Numbered from the stretch's first letter, positions 12,151 through 26,228 are shown. The stretch: DNA of 64,000 bases from Octopus bimaculoides (GCF_001194135.2 NC_068984.1:68141557-68205556); one strand, 5' to 3'. The notes: generated by a model not told the origin, from the letters alone. Translations and numbers: made by a program.

Positions 12151-13096
12151 CATATATATGTATATATGTATGTATGTATTTATTGGTATAGGACACTTGA
12201 AAACAACCAAAGAGCAGAACAGAATGATAACAACATCATGTAGAATATGGAATAAAAGGCTATTTAGTGATTAAATATCAATGCCACATAAGCAATAAAG
12301 CATATCAGGAATTCATAAATGTTGTTTACAAACTTATACAAAGTTGTCCAGTGAATGTGATAGAAGTATTGTTTCAATGAGATAACTGAATATCGAGATA
12401 AAATATTCCAGGTTTATTATTTTATTTTTTATTTTATTTTACTTTATTCTTTTATTGTTTTTGTTTACCTATGTTGTCAAATTTGTAATCTTAATTCATT
12501 CCAGTTGCATCTAATATTCAGAACTGTCTACTATGTTTACTATATCTCACTAACTTGGAAAGAAGAAGAAAAGACTGTGAATATTATATTTAATTCTTAT
12601 GTCGAGATAAGAATCAGCTGTGTGCGTGTGTGTGTGTGTGGGTAAGCGGAAAGAAAAAAAAAGACAAAAACAAAAAAGACATAAACAAACTGTAAAAGAC
12701 CGAGCAAAGAAATGATGTCGACTATCTTGTGAAAAATCAATTTTACTTTTACAAGTATTGCAACAGGATTAATATAATATTTTTGAAGACATTCCACATT
12801 GCTTGTTCAGTGGTAATATCTCTTCATCTTTGATCTACTTTGTGAATCAGAGTATATAAAGTTATACAGGAATAAGGAAGGAACAGGCAGCAAAACTGGC
12901 CAAGACATTAAAAGTAGTCAAAAAAAAAAATATGGAAAAAGAAAAGGTTATAATAACAAAAAAAATAATAAATAAATAAATAAAATCATCAATTTCTATA
13001 AAGTAAACCTGCAAATATTAACTTGCTAAATTAAAAATCTAATATTGTAAAATGTAAAGTTTGTAAAAATGAAAATCTACAAGAAATCATGCTAGT

Positions 13097-13178
<82 letters not shown>
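13097..13178. repeat. (AAT)n microsatellite
   Basis: Directly visible. Confidence 0.95.
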
Positions 13179-13179
<1 letters not shown>

Positions 13180-13429
13180 CATGCTATCATTTTTACTAGT
13201 AAAATTTATATTGAAAATGGCTCAGTGAAAATTCTACCACCCACTAGTTTTCAATATGAATTTTATCAGTTCTGATATGGAATTTCACTTTTCCTTGAAT
13301 CTTCATAACAGAACTGCTCACTATTTATTCACAAATGGTGTGTGACTTTCATTGATATTGAATTGGAAAAAAAAAAAAAAAAAAAAAAAAGGGGTAGTGA
13401 ATGACAATCACAGCAACAGCAATGATAGC

Positions 13430-13451
13430 AATGGTGATGATGATGCTGATG

Positions 13452-13483
<32 letters not shown>

Positions 13484-13830
13484 GGTGATGGTGATGATAT
13501 ACATATTTTGAGGCATGCATAAATGCATAATATGATGTCTAATATTGTAGAATAAATCAAAAGTTAAAACTTTCTGAAATTACAATGATGATGATGATGA
13601 TGGTGGTGGAGGTGGTGCTGATGTTGACGATGATAATAAAAGGTAATAATGATGAACATGATGATGATGCCGGTGATGACGATGGTGATGGTATTTATGA
13701 AAATGAAAACTACGATGACTATCAACACGATCGCTGACATTACCATCATCATTGTCATCGCTAAAGTCATCATTGTTGCTGTCATCATCATCGTTGTGTT
13801 TGTTGTTATTGTCACTATCTTTGTCATTTC
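13430..13830. repeat. (ATG)/(ATC) trinucleotide low-complexity field
   Basis: Directly visible. It is the source of the poly-His and poly-Met ORFs. Confidence 0.9.
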
Positions 13831-13940
13831 CATCCCAATATTTCTATCATATCAGTATTTATGAATTTTTTTTTTCCATTTAGGATTCTTTTACTTCCAA
13901 CCCATGGCAGCATAGTTAGATGCTTAATGATGCTCTCTTT

Positions 13941-14372
13941 AACTCTCTTTTACTTGTTTCAGTCATTTGACTGCAGCCATGATGGAGCACCGCCTTTAGT
14001 CGACAAATCGACCCCAGGACTTATTCTTTGGAAACCTTAGTACTTATTCTAATGGTCTCTTTTGTCGAGCCGCTAAGTTACGGGGACATAAATGCACCAC
14101 CATCGGTTGTCAAGCGATGTTGGGGGGACAAACACAGACACACAAACATATACACACAGACACACAAACATATACACACACACATACATATATATATATA
14201 CACAAATATACGATGGACTTCTTTCAGTTTTTGTCTACCAAATCCACTTACAAGGGTTTGGTTGGCCAGAGGCTATAGTAGAAGACACTTGCCCAAGATG
14301 CCATGCAGTGGGAATGAACCCAGAACCATGTGGTTGGTAAGCAAGCTACTTACCACACAGCCACTCCTGTGC
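13941..14372 (-). mobile_element. SINE family A, well preserved (relatively young)
   Basis: Complete element with many intact CpGs (TTTAGTCGACAAATCGACCCC, GTCGAGCCGCTAAGTTACGG). Confidence 0.9.
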
Positions 14373-14386
14373 CTGATGCAAATATA

Positions 14387-15393
14387 TTGGGTCATCCCAT
14401 AAATAATGCAGTTTTTTTCGATTGCATGAACAGGATAAACTACCTACATCATAATGGAGGTGACAAAGGAGCATAGTTGGCATATTTTGCTTTATGAGTT
14501 CAATAAAGGCAACAATGCAATGGAAAGTGTGAAGAATATTAATGCAATATAAGCATAAGCCAGTGTCAACAGTGGATCCAGAAATTCAGAGCCAGAAACT
14601 ACAGCCTAGAAGAAGAGCGTCATCTTGGAAAATCTGTAGAGCTCAACAAGGATGTCCTGCAAACCTTGGTGGAACAAAATCCCATCACAACTGTTGAACT
14701 AGCAGAGAAGCTTGGATTGGGTCATTCAACCATTCATCCACACCTGCATACCATCGGAAAAGTCAGAAAATTGGGTCAATAGGTTCCTCACAAACTTTCT
14801 GAGTCTAATTGTGTGCAAAGAGTGAATGTATGCTCTTCTTTGCTGACACATCTCATGAATGAACCTTTTTTGCACCGGATAGTGACTGGTGACAAGAAAT
14901 GGATTCTCTATAGAAATGTCAAGTGCCAATGACAGTGGGTAGGGAAGGGAGAAACACTGACACCCCATGCTAAAGAAGGTCTTCACCCATATAAGGTGTT
15001 GGTATCTGTTTGGTGAGATATGAAAGGTTTAGTCCACTTGGAACTTTTAAAGCCAAACCAAATGATAATAAAGGAGATCTACTGTCAGCAGTGCTAGAAG
15101 AAAAACGACCATCTTTGGTTTCAAGACAAAAGGTGTTCTTCCATCAGGATAAAGCTCAGCCACATACAGCAAGGATAACATTCTGTAGATGTGGTCAGAA
15201 CAGTACTGGAGGAGTATTTTTCATCATGAGCAAATGAATTTTAGAAGAGGAGCTACACTAGTATACCAGGTAGATGAAAGAGCATTGTAGAAAATGAAGG
15301 AGAGTATATTTTAGATTAAAAAAGAACTTCATTTATCTTAATTTTGAGAAATAAAAGTATAAAAATACTGTATTATTTATGGGATGGACCCAA
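14387..15393 (+). mobile_element. mariner-like (D,D34D-type) DNA transposon, defective
   Basis: TIRs TA|TTGGGTCATCCCATAAATAATGCAG and CTGTATTATTTATGGGATGGACCCAA|TA with a TA target duplication. Internal transposase remnants. Confidence 0.95.
14454..15319 (+). pseudogene. mariner transposase pseudogene (stops, frameshifts, internal deletions)
   Basis: MEVTKEHSWHILLYEFNKG; KLGQ*VPHKL (WVPHEL motif); FLHRIVTGDKKW (first D); HPYKVLVSVW*D; FFHQDKAQPHTA (second D). The YSPDLAP-D block is missing. C-terminus IVENEGEYILD*. Confidence 0.93.
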
Positions 15394-15994
15394 TATATCC
15401 ATAGTTAATTCAAATAAACAATTAATAAAATTGACTAACAGCAAGACCATGTGTGCAAGGAATGTATTAGTTTGATGCTCTGCAAAAAGAGAGAGGTTTT
15501 GATGTCTCAAGCATAGCTCTTTGTCACAAAGGTGAATGGGAAAAGACCAAAGATGGAAACGAAATCACTAACAGCATGTATGTAGTTACAGTGCTGAACT
15601 TATATGTTTGATTTATTCATATTTAGTTAAAGTTTGTTCCTTCTCAGCATCCTGCTAATTTAATGACCTGTTACAGGGGTCGGTGAACCAGGGTGAATTA
15701 TGCCAAGTGGAGTAAATATAGAATTCTATGCAGTAAGTAAAATTATATTTTAAAAAATGTGTTTCTTGTTACCTGTGATTTTCTTCCTTTCAAATCGAAG
15801 AGGTAACGTTGATGTAAATAAATATCTTTTGGGGTAAATGGTTAAAAATTCCCCCAACCCTTGTGTTAGTGTTTCAATGAAATGCAGTGACCTAGCTAAC
15901 ATATCAGAGCAGTTAAATGCTTTTGAAAGAAGTAAATAGAGAGAATGGATTGATCAAACCTGGAGCTAATTTAATCATGTAAAAATCTGTTAGA

Positions 15995-16256
15995 ACAACA
16001 ACTATATATACCAAAGACAGAGTTTCTTTGAACTCACTTGACCTGGAAGAAAAAGCAACTAAATCTCCCACAAATCTGAGCCTACAATATTAAAAAAAGG
16101 AGAGATTTCATTTGGATAATGTATTGCTGAATATGCAATGCACTGAAACAAAAAATAGGAAAAGAAAAAAACAGATATGTTAGGCAGAGCTAAAGCAGCA
16201 AGACTTTAATTACAGGTTTGCTGAATCTCAGGATTGTCTTTGAACAAAACAACAAT
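15995..16256 (+). mobile_element. Decayed interspersed repeat (family G, (AAC)n-tailed). Related fragments at about 24420-24500, 43430-43720 and 51720-51880
   Basis: Recurrent GCAGC/ACCAAATCTCCC...AAAAAAAG...GGATAATGT motif and AACAAC tail. The copies are divergent. Confidence 0.45.
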
Positions 16257-16479
16257 TTCAATTAGGTTATATATTTAAAATCAGTGCAGTCAATTACCAC
16301 TCAGATTTCTGCTAAAAAAACATCTGCTTCTCTGCTATTTTCTTTCCTCACATTCTCTTAGCACCTTTCATATAAATTTAACACACTGAACTTATAATCA
16401 TTAGTTGACTCCTTTCAGATTATTCCAGGACCTCAACATACGCCAATGCTATTCTTTTCTTTCAGGCAGTCAGTTAACA

Positions 16480-16620
16480 GAATAGCTAGAATATTGGGTA
16501 AATGCTTTTGGAATATTTGTTCATGCTATTTAGCTTTCTGGGTTCAAATCCCACTAAAGTCCACTTTACTTTCCATCCTTCTAGGATTGATAAACAATGT
16601 ACCAGTTTAGTACTGACACC
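16480..16620 (-). mobile_element. SINE family B-like
   Basis: B-type core TTCTGGGTTCAAATCCCACTAAAGTCCACTTTACTTTCCATCC...GATAAAC. It is read on the + strand, so the strand call is uncertain. Confidence 0.45.
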
Positions 16621-16979
16621 AGTTCTTCTCTCTTTCTTCTTTCTTTCAAAAGCAGCAACATTGTAAGAAGAGTTAAGCAAAGGATTTAGCAACTTCTCAA
16701 AAACTGCCCAAGAATGGATACCAATACACAGGAACAACATGGAACAGTTCAAAATGGGTATGAGAGAATAGGATGACAGGTTTTCTAGTGTATAACTGTC
16801 TGTTTGAAAACAGTAGATGCACAATTCATGATCCATTAGCATACACATTTCTCCTTTCTGTCTGAAACTTGTGCTTACAATAACAAATTTATTCTTTTCC
16901 ATCAATAGATACTTCTGGCTCTGAAAGGCCAAGCTACTGTCTTTATTATGGTTGTTGTTATTGCTGTTGTTAGACTTGG

Positions 16980-16995
16980 TCTCTCTCTCTCTCTG

Positions 16996-17090
<95 letters not shown>
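16980..17090. repeat. (CT)n microsatellite
   Basis: Directly visible. Confidence 0.95.
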
Positions 17091-17093
<3 letters not shown>

Positions 17094-17204
17094 AATTTCA
17101 ATTTACCCCAACCAGCTCTATTACTCTCTGAGAGGGTGATGGGAAGCCATTTTCAACACTCCCACTTCTTGTAAGTAATAGAAGGTTGAGTAAAGAAAAA
17201 AAGA

Positions 17205-17452
17205 TAAAGTTACCTTTTTTGAGTCATACTGACTTATAAAGGACAGTTTCCCAGTTTCATGGCATATATATTCTCCACCTGGATAGGATGCCAGTCCATC
17301 ACAGGATTACACATTTTTGCCAGCTGAGAGGACTGGAGCAATGTGAAATGAAGCATTTTGCTCAAGATCACAATGCTTCACATGGTCCAGAAATCGAAAT
17401 CACCATCTTACAATCATGAGTCCAACACCCTAACCACTAAGCCACGTGCTCC
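17205..17452 (-). mobile_element. SINE family E (tRNA-like head plus shared central domain)
   Basis: Head reverse complement GGGAGCACGTGGCTTAGTGGTTAGGGTGTTGGACTCATGA...TTTCGATTTC. Second copy at 49695-49945. Confidence 0.8.
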
Positions 17453-18177
17453 CACAAGAAGGTTGAGTGAGGGGCTACAAATCTTTTCTCCTCTAACAAC
17501 AGGGATGTCTTAAGGTATGGGCACACAAGGCAATTTTCTATGGGCCCAACAATTCCAGGGACCTCAAAGGGTCCAGTTCCAGTCTATGTATGCTGTGGTT
17601 TGTCATCAATGAATAAACGCTATAGAGCATAGAGCATCTATTTGCCAGGAGAGTTATAAAGCTGCTAAGATAACCCTGTCAAGAAGATTATACAAATCTT
17701 CCAAAGAAGCTATTAGAACATGGTGGGTGGGCATGGGTGGATTGCTGTGCTTTATGATGAGGAATGGTGTAAAAGAAAAAGAAGTTCCTTTCTTTGCTAT
17801 ACATCAATGCACTTGAACATGTGAACTGCAAAGTCATAAAAACAAAGAGAAGGAGAAGGAGGAATCTTTGAAGAATTTCTGGAACTTTTTGTTTTCTTTT
17901 TTTATACATTCTGTTTCCATTCCTGAACCATTAGATTTACACCAGAACCACCTCCAACGTCAGTTTGTCGGTCATGCTCATCCATTCTATATCACCTATG
18001 TTTGCAGAACTTATTTACTGCATCCAGCAAAACAAACCATTGGAGACAAGAGAAATAATAATAATAATAATAAATAAAATCAAAATCCATTTAACTGATT
18101 TATTTCTCTGTTATCTCATTGGAATATATTATTTATATTAATTTTTACTGTTTTATTTTTACAACATAAATTTACTA

Positions 18178-18233
<56 letters not shown>

Positions 18234-18554
18234 CACCATCACAACCATCAATATCAATATTGTCATTGTTGTAGTTATTATTATTATTTTTATTATTATC
18301 ATTAACGTTATTATTATTGTTTTTGTTGTTGTTATTATTATGCTATTGCTGGGTGGAGCCTTACTGACTGTTCCAGCTCAGATATCACATTAGTTGTTGA
18401 ACCTGTTGCATTTCACATACTGAACCTATCATAAAATTGGTTTCCCAAAACAAAACTGCAATCAGCTGTGGTTTTTTGCTTTTGCCAATTTATTTAATTA
18501 TGCTGGTTTATTGTTTTGGTTGTGCAAAAATCTGAATATTGTACATGTGTATAA

Positions 18555-18606
<52 letters not shown>

Positions 18607-19142
18607 CCATGTGTATGTGTTTTCCATTGAATTGAATTTTCAGATGCTATTTTTTTTTTCGAGTTCAGTGCTATAATTTTATTTGAATTATACAACATCT
18701 AAATAATCACAAAACAATGTGAACAAAATAATGTTAACAACTGTTGCCTTCAAGCATGTCAATATAAACGAATCCATAGACTGTGTATGTTGTTTATATC
18801 ATATATTTTTCCTTCTTTCCTTTATATATATACATATATATTATTTATCAATATATTCTAAATTGAAATTATTATTTTATGTGGAGACACAAAAATATGA
18901 AAGATTTAAATTGTTATCAAAATATTTTTATGAAAAAAACCCCAAAAAAAACTCAGATGTCAGGAAATGAATGACATTAGAGAAACTTTGTTTAAAAGCT
19001 GTAACTATATTTTAGATATTTTTGGAAGGAAATATTTAATACTGGGGTAGAAAATGGGTAAAGTTTTTACCTGCTCCCTCTAACACACATGATATATATA
19101 TATATATATATATATATCAATGTATATATATGTATGTATGTG

Positions 19143-19175
<33 letters not shown>

Positions 19176-19227
19176 GAATGAATGGATGGATCGATGGATG
19201 GATCGATGGATGGTTGGATGGATAGAT

Positions 19228-19625
19228 ATGTATTGGCGTTGCATTGAGGTAAGGAGCTTACTTCCCAACATCATGGTTCTAGGTTCAGTCCCACTGAATG
19301 GCATCTTTGGCAAGTGCCTTGTACAATAGTCCAAGACTGAACAAAGGCCTGTAAGTGAATTTGTTTCATGGAAAGTGAAAGAAACATGTCATATATATAT
19401 CTGTGAATGTATGTGTGTGTGTGTGTAAGTGTGTGCATGTGTCTGTGTCTGTCCCCCACTATCACTTAGCAACCAGTGTTGGTTTGTTTATGTTTTTGTA
19501 ACTTAGCAGTTCAGCCTAGAGACCGATAGACTAAGTACTAGGCTTTAAAAAAATATCTAATGGGGTTTATTCATTTGATTCAAATGTTTCAAGTTGATGT
19601 CCAAGTTGACTTCAGCATGCTTTGA
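19228..19625 (+). mobile_element. SINE family A
   Basis: Head, central domain, TG linker and tail all recognisable. Confidence 0.8.
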
Positions 19626-19678
19626 ACCCAGAGAGCCAGAACAATTACTACAAGACATCCTATCTGACATTCTATTGA

Positions 19679-19718
<40 letters not shown>

Positions 19719-20002
19719 NNNNNNNNNNNNNNNNNNNNNNNNNNNNNNNNNNNNNNNNNNNNNNNNNNNNNNNNNNNNNNNNNNNNNNNNNNNNNNNNNN
19801 NNNNNNNNNNNNNNNNNNNNNNNNNNNNNNNNNNNNNNNNNNNNNNNNNNNNNNNNNNNNNNNNNNNNNNNNNNNNNNNNNNNNNNNNNNNNNNNNNNNN
19901 NNNNNNNNNNNNNNNNNNNNNNNNNNNNNNNNNNNNNNNNNNNNNNNNNNNNNNNNNNNNNNNNNNNNNNNNNNNNNNNNNNNNNNNNNNNNNNNNNNNA
20001 TA

Positions 20003-20034
<32 letters not shown>

Positions 20035-20349
20035 AGGGCATACATATAGCTATATGCATGCATATTGTCATTGTCATTTTTGTTGTCATCAATAGACTAA
20101 CTAAAGCAGTGTATGAACAGAGTAACTAAGTTCAGATTAGTCATAGGTCACAAGGAAGTTACAATATTCTCAGCATGTTCTCCTTAGTCAAGACTAAAAG
20201 ATAAGTGTATTTTGAAATGCATTATCTTCATTTCAGTTTATTTTGAAAATAATGAAAAATTTAATGAAATAACCTCATCATTAAGCTACTGTTAGAAACA
20301 TATTTTAACAAACAGTTTTGATGGAAGATTTTGATTTACATCACTTTAA

Positions 20350-20557
20350 CCTTTTAGTATTCACATTACTTTGTCAAATATAATGTTTATTCACATTATT
20401 TTGAATCAGTCATGCACTACCTTGTAGTTTCAAGATTCCAATGATGTAATTGTTTATATTTAGAATGACGTAGTGTGAGAGACCAGATCCAACTGCCTTA
20501 AACACGAAAATATGTAGAATATTTCGACATGATATGTTTAGTTTATATGCTAATGGA
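20350..20557 (-). mobile_element. piggyBac-type MITE (TTAA-flanked)
   Basis: TTAA|CCTTTTAGTATTC...TATGCTAATGGA|TTAA. Reverse-complement homolog of 7731-7948. Confidence 0.7.
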
Positions 20558-21587
20558 TTAAAATAGAAAGGTTTTAAAGGGTGGCTTTAATCAGATTGTT
20601 ACCAAAGGGGTTAAACTTTACCCTGAGTATTCCAAAGTGTGTAGAGATCATAAAGTTTATCAAAGTGGTTTTATATTTCCAGAGAGTAGTGTAAAAGTGC
20701 ATTATTACATCATAAGCAATATATAAAGAAAACTTGGCATTTTCAAGACAGTATTTCTATTAGATATACACTATTTATTCTACTAAGGAAGTAAATTGAC
20801 AATGATATACTGGAAATTTCATTTAACCTTCAAGATATCCCATTAATAAATAATTTCCATATGTTATGACTCATATAAGATATCAGTAATGGTGTGCATG
20901 TGAATATAGGCATGTGTGTGTGTGTATGTGCGTGTGCGTGTGTGTGTATGAGTGTGTGTGTGTACATGTACGTGTACATAGATATATAAATGCAATAAAG
21001 TTTTTTTAAGTTTCTGTGCCCTGCAAATGCCACTGGCATACAAACTTTAAAGATTTTATACTTTATCAATAAAAGTTATTTTTGCCATAGCAGGCCCCCG
21101 CCAATATGGTCTCCTCTGCTGCTGTGTGTGCTTGATGTTATGGACTACTGAGGTGAGGTATAAAACACATTAAGACTTGACTACACCATGCTAACACGGA
21201 TAAAAAAACAGATGGGATAAATTGCAGATGATGATTATACCAATGAATGTTGCAATAATTTATTTGGATTTAATAAATATGTAAGTACTAAGTAACAATA
21301 CAGAAAGCAGAGGAATGTACTTGAATAAATTAGGTTTAGATTGAGCCTGATGGAATTAAAACTTGGTTGAAGTATTATACACCATCTTGTAATACAAAAA
21401 AAACAAACCCAATAAAATAAAAATCTATTAAAATGGCAGGTGAGTCTGCATTTGTGATTATTATGTTGTTCCTAGTTTAAACGTGATTTAGTAGACTTAT
21501 GATTAAATGGTAATCTAATAGGGATTATCAGTCTTTTTATTCAGGTACTAAATATCAAAGACTACGTTATCAAACATATCTTTTTGT

Positions 21588-22231
21588 TTTATTCTTTTAC
21601 GTGTTTCAGTCATTAGACTGTGGTCATACTGGGGCACCGCCTTGAAGAATTTTTAGTCGAAAGAATCAACTTCAATACTATTCTCTTTTTAAGCTGAGGA
21701 TTTATTCTGTTGATCTCTTTTCCCAGACTGCTAAGTTACAGCGACATACACACTAACACTAGTTGTCAAGTTGTGGTGGTGGGGAACCAACACACACACA
21801 CACATCAGTTTCCATCTACCAAATCCACTCACAAGGCTTTGATCAGCCTGCAGCTATAGTAGCAGACACTTGCCGATGGTACCAGGCAGTAGGACTGAAC
21901 CAAGAGTCGTGTGGTTGGAAAACAAACTTCTTACCACACAGCCACGCCTTACTCTTTTACTGGTTTCAGTCATTTGAATGTGGCCATGCTGGAGCACCAC
22001 CTTTAGTCGAGCAAATCGACCCCAGGACTTATTCTTTGTAAGCCTAGTACTTATTCTATCGATCTCTTTTGCCAAACTGCTAATTTACGGGGACGTAAAC
22101 ACACCAGCATTGGTTGTCAAGCGATGTTGAGGGGACAAACACAGACACATAAACATGCACACACACATACATCTATGTACATATATGTACATATATGTAC
22201 ATATATACGATGGGCTTCTTTCAGCCACTCC
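21588..22231 (-). mobile_element. Two head-to-tail SINE family A copies (21588-21948, and 21949-22231 with an internal deletion)
   Basis: Both tails are present. The second copy jumps from GGGCTTCTTTCAG straight to CCACTCCT, losing the head region. Confidence 0.85.
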
Positions 22232-23475
22232 TATTTTTTTTTTTCTCTTTTTTAAGAGAAACAAAATGCATAGTAGGTAGTTTAAGTATTAGTTGAAAAA
22301 TGTTCAGGGACAACTCTTTGAGAACTTAAAGCAACATGTTTGATGAATTCTGACAACTCAGAGAATAATTTAAGTCCTATAATGGAATGCATATCTTAGA
22401 GAGAAGACACTTTCCTAATTACTGTCTGCTCTTGAATGACAAAATACTCTGTGGTGACTATGACAGGCATTAAGAACATAAATAATATTATTATGCAAAA
22501 AAATTGACTGAGTCCTTGTTATACACAATGAGTTTAGCACTGCTGCCTGACAAAGAGTTTGAATTTAGGGTAGTTCAATATACAGTAGTTATTTTGGTAT
22601 GTCATGCTATTGCTAAATAGCCTAAGAACAACACAGACACGTGATCAAATAAATTCTTGCTACGAACATCCCATCTTTTAGTGGTATCTAGAACTACTAT
22701 TGAATCTGTCCTTTGTTCTTTTAAAATGATAGGATACAAATTAAGAGCGTGTTGGTGGTTATTTCTATCAGCCCAAGTGATTGTATATCAGCACATACAC
22801 AGCGTTGTCTTGTTGTGTGTATGTGCTCAATGCTTGTTGATTTTGTAGGATGTCAATGGCACATTCGATTGTAATGTATGTTTACAATAATTTTCAGTTA
22901 TTTTTGAATCAGATATCAAAAGTAAATTTAACCTTATTTCGCATAAATTCATTTTGCAGCTGTTTTCAGATCAATGGTTCTATTTCAGTTAAACATAGAA
23001 ACACTTTTTTTTATTTTTATAAATTAAGTACATTTACAACTTTATTGAACTCAATTTTATTTACTTTCAACTTAAATAACATGAATAAAAACAACAAACA
23101 GAAACAAGAACTTACATAAATTGCAAGAATACATCAAGATGACTCAATATTTTGATGAATTTAATTAGTCATAAGAAATGCAAAAAAGTATTTGATGTAG
23201 AATCTTCGATTGAAATAAGTAGCTGTCTATAAATTGTTTTCTAGTAACCAATTGCTTTCATGTATTTACTTCTTTTATCTTTGTATTTTTTATTAAGCAT
23301 AATGTTTCAAGAAAATATTTCAAAACAAAAAGCAAAACAAAAAAGAACAGCCACAATAAAAGATGAATAGATTGTCATAATTCTTCTCTTTGTCTTGTTC
23401 CACTATACAACTATTTATATGAAATAAATCTATTTCTGAAGAATACCATAAATATAATATAATATTATGCACACA

Positions 23476-23538
<63 letters not shown>

Positions 23539-24679
23539 NNNNNNNNNNNNNNNNNNNNNNNNNNNNNNNNNNNNNNNNNNNNNNNNNNNNNNNNNNNNNN
23601 NNNNNNNNNNNNNNNNNNNNNNNNNNNNNNNNNNNNNNNNNNNNNNNNNNNNNNNNNNNNNNNNNNNNNNNNNNNNNNNNNNNNNNNNNNNNNNNNNNNN
23701 NNNNNNNNNNNNNNNNNNNNNNNNNNNNNNNNNNNNNNNNNNNNNNNNNNNNNNNNNNNNNNNNNNNNNNNNNNNNNNNNNNNNNNNNNNNNNNNNNNNN
23801 NNNNNNNNNNNNNNNNNNNNNNNNNNNNNNNNNNNNNNNNNNNNNNNNNNNNNNNNNNNNNNNNNNNNNNNNNNNNNNNNNNNNNNNNNNNNNNNNNNNN
23901 NNNNNNNNNNATGTATATAAATGATATATGTATGTTCATACGTATTGTGTATACATGCATATACTATGACATATTTTGAAGTTTATGTGATTTATATGGT
24001 ATAACGTGAAATGAAAATGAAAATAACTTTGTTAGAATATATTTGATAAGATGATATAGGAATAAAATATGATAATAAAAATCTCTAGTCTCTAAAATAT
24101 GTGCTGTTTTTATATGACTAAGATTATATATAATACAGATTATCTGTCATAATTGTAAATTAAAGAAGCACTTAGAATAAACTTTTGCATATATTATAGC
24201 TGGTTTTGATCATAAAACTGAGTTAAATGTACTATAGTATAACATGAGGTTTTTGCAATTTATGATTCTTGGCTCTGGCATTGTGCTAGTAGCATTATAT
24301 CTAACAATCACTATCAACTTAGTGTTAGTTTTATGTTTGGTAAATGATATGAAATAGTCATTTACATCTCAGTGGAATGATCCAGTGAAAATAGAATATC
24401 TTTGTTACAGCCAGACTGTTCATCAGTTGTTGCTGTTTAGCCCTAGGTCATATGTGATTCAGTAAACATACAATCAAAAGCATTCTAACCATCATCAGTA
24501 TATCTTTTATTCAAAGATTTGGCAAAGTGTGATGCCACAGGTGTTGCCCAAAGAAAAAGCAAGTCTTATGCGGAATGAAATCAGTGTTCCTGCATCGCTT
24601 GCCATCAGAATACAATGAATAAGAACAGATATCACAAAACATTCTGTCAGCACCCTAACTTTCCACCAATCCATGGTTT

Positions 24680-24800
24680 AATAAAATAAAGTGCTTTATT
24701 TTATCGACCCCTTTTCCATCCAAAAGGATGGAAGTTATAGCTGACCTTGGCAGAGCTTGAATTTTGAGTGTAATGAACCACGACAAATTCCACAGGCATT
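24680..24800 (-). mobile_element. SINE family B
   Basis: TTTATCGACCCC...AAAGGATGGAAG...GACCTTGGCAGAGCTTGAATT. Confidence 0.65.
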
Positions 24801-25131
24801 TCACTTAATATTATTCCTCATACTCTCATCACCATCCTCCATAGAGCTGGAACCATGATAGAATGCACCAATACATTCTATTAAATATGCAGCGGAGAGG
24901 GCTTGCTAGTCTTGTTGAAGATATGATAAGTTCCATCGAGCTGTTGCCATGAATAAGTGTACCTTGTATGTCTATAAAGCTGTTGAATATTGGGAGGGTA
25001 ACCACAAATAGAAACCAAACCAAAAATAAAATTTACATCTGAGATAAGATCCTCAGACTCATCTAAGAACATAGCAATGACTCAACCATCCTATGTCAAC
25101 ATGGAAAGTAGAAGTAAAGGGATGATGATGG

Positions 25132-25176
<45 letters not shown>

Positions 25177-25800
25177 CGACGATGATGACGATGATGACTT
25201 TATCCTATGTTCTAATGACTCTGTCAACTTCTATGAAATAACATCTGCATAAATAAGAAATTTCAGGATGTGCAAAATAGATTTAAGTGGTTGAAATAAA
25301 AATACAGGAGACAGAATATATAATATTGAGAAGACTCCTATGAAAGATGTTCTATGCAATGTCTAGACCTGTTAAAATTAGTAGCCACATTTCTTTTCAG
25401 TAATTACCTCCCCAATATCTTAAATATTCATTAATATCCTGATAATGTGGTCCTGTATATTACAATTAATATGCTAGAAAAGAAGACCAAGAGGTCAAAG
25501 TTTGAATGCTGATCAAATGATATAAATTTCACAGTTAGAACAAAAGATCTTCAGGTCATCCCTACTTGTTTAACCAACTCACTGTATAAATCTGCTTGAT
25601 CTGAGCTCATCTAGGTCTACACAATATAAACACTGCCAGGAACAAGCAAGTGAATAAGAAATCAATATAAATCCAAGAAGAGATAATAACAATAATAATA
25701 AATTCATTGAAAGAGAAAAGGAGGAAACATCTTTTTCTGTAGCAAGATCCAAATTTGTCAGTTGTAATTGTAATTCATGGAAAATCATTCATTATTATTA

Positions 25801-25856
<56 letters not shown>

Positions 25857-26228
25857 GGATTCTGGTCAAGAAAATAAAATGAAATAGGAAACACATAGAA
25901 AGGTAAAACAGTTATATCTATGTGTATATATATATTTATATATANNNNNNNNNNTCTTTGACTATTAGAATGAAATAAGAGTAAAAAATATTAGCACAAA
26001 TACTGTAGAAAATTTGAAAATAATAAATATACCTCATATTGGAACTTAATCAACTTGAAATTTATTACATATATATATATGTGTGTGTGTGTGTATGTAT
26101 GTGTGTCTATGTGTACGTTTATCAAATGCGCATACTGGATTTACAATATTTTGCTAAACTCAATATCTCACTAAATACCTTTTTTGTTGCATTATCATTT
26201 TTTGTTCTGTTTTATTTTTTCTGTCTTT

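Larger units (their letters stand above)
21091..24952 (+). other. Candidate spliced exons (21091-21152, 22849-22875, 24845-24952), unverified
   Basis: ttatttttgccatag|62 nt|gtgagg; gttgattttgtag|27 nt|gtatgt; catcctccatag|terminal frame. The phase-compatible peptide is GPRQYGLLCCCVCLMLWTTE-DVNGTFDCN-SWNHDRMHQYILLNMQRRGLASLVEDMISSIELLP*. No family recognised. Confidence 0.18.

Noticed and set aside
14028-14402. 124-aa ORF and similar ORFs at 21763, 27364, 52594, 59435 and 63136
   Set aside because: They lie within SINE family A or C copies and are chance open frames.
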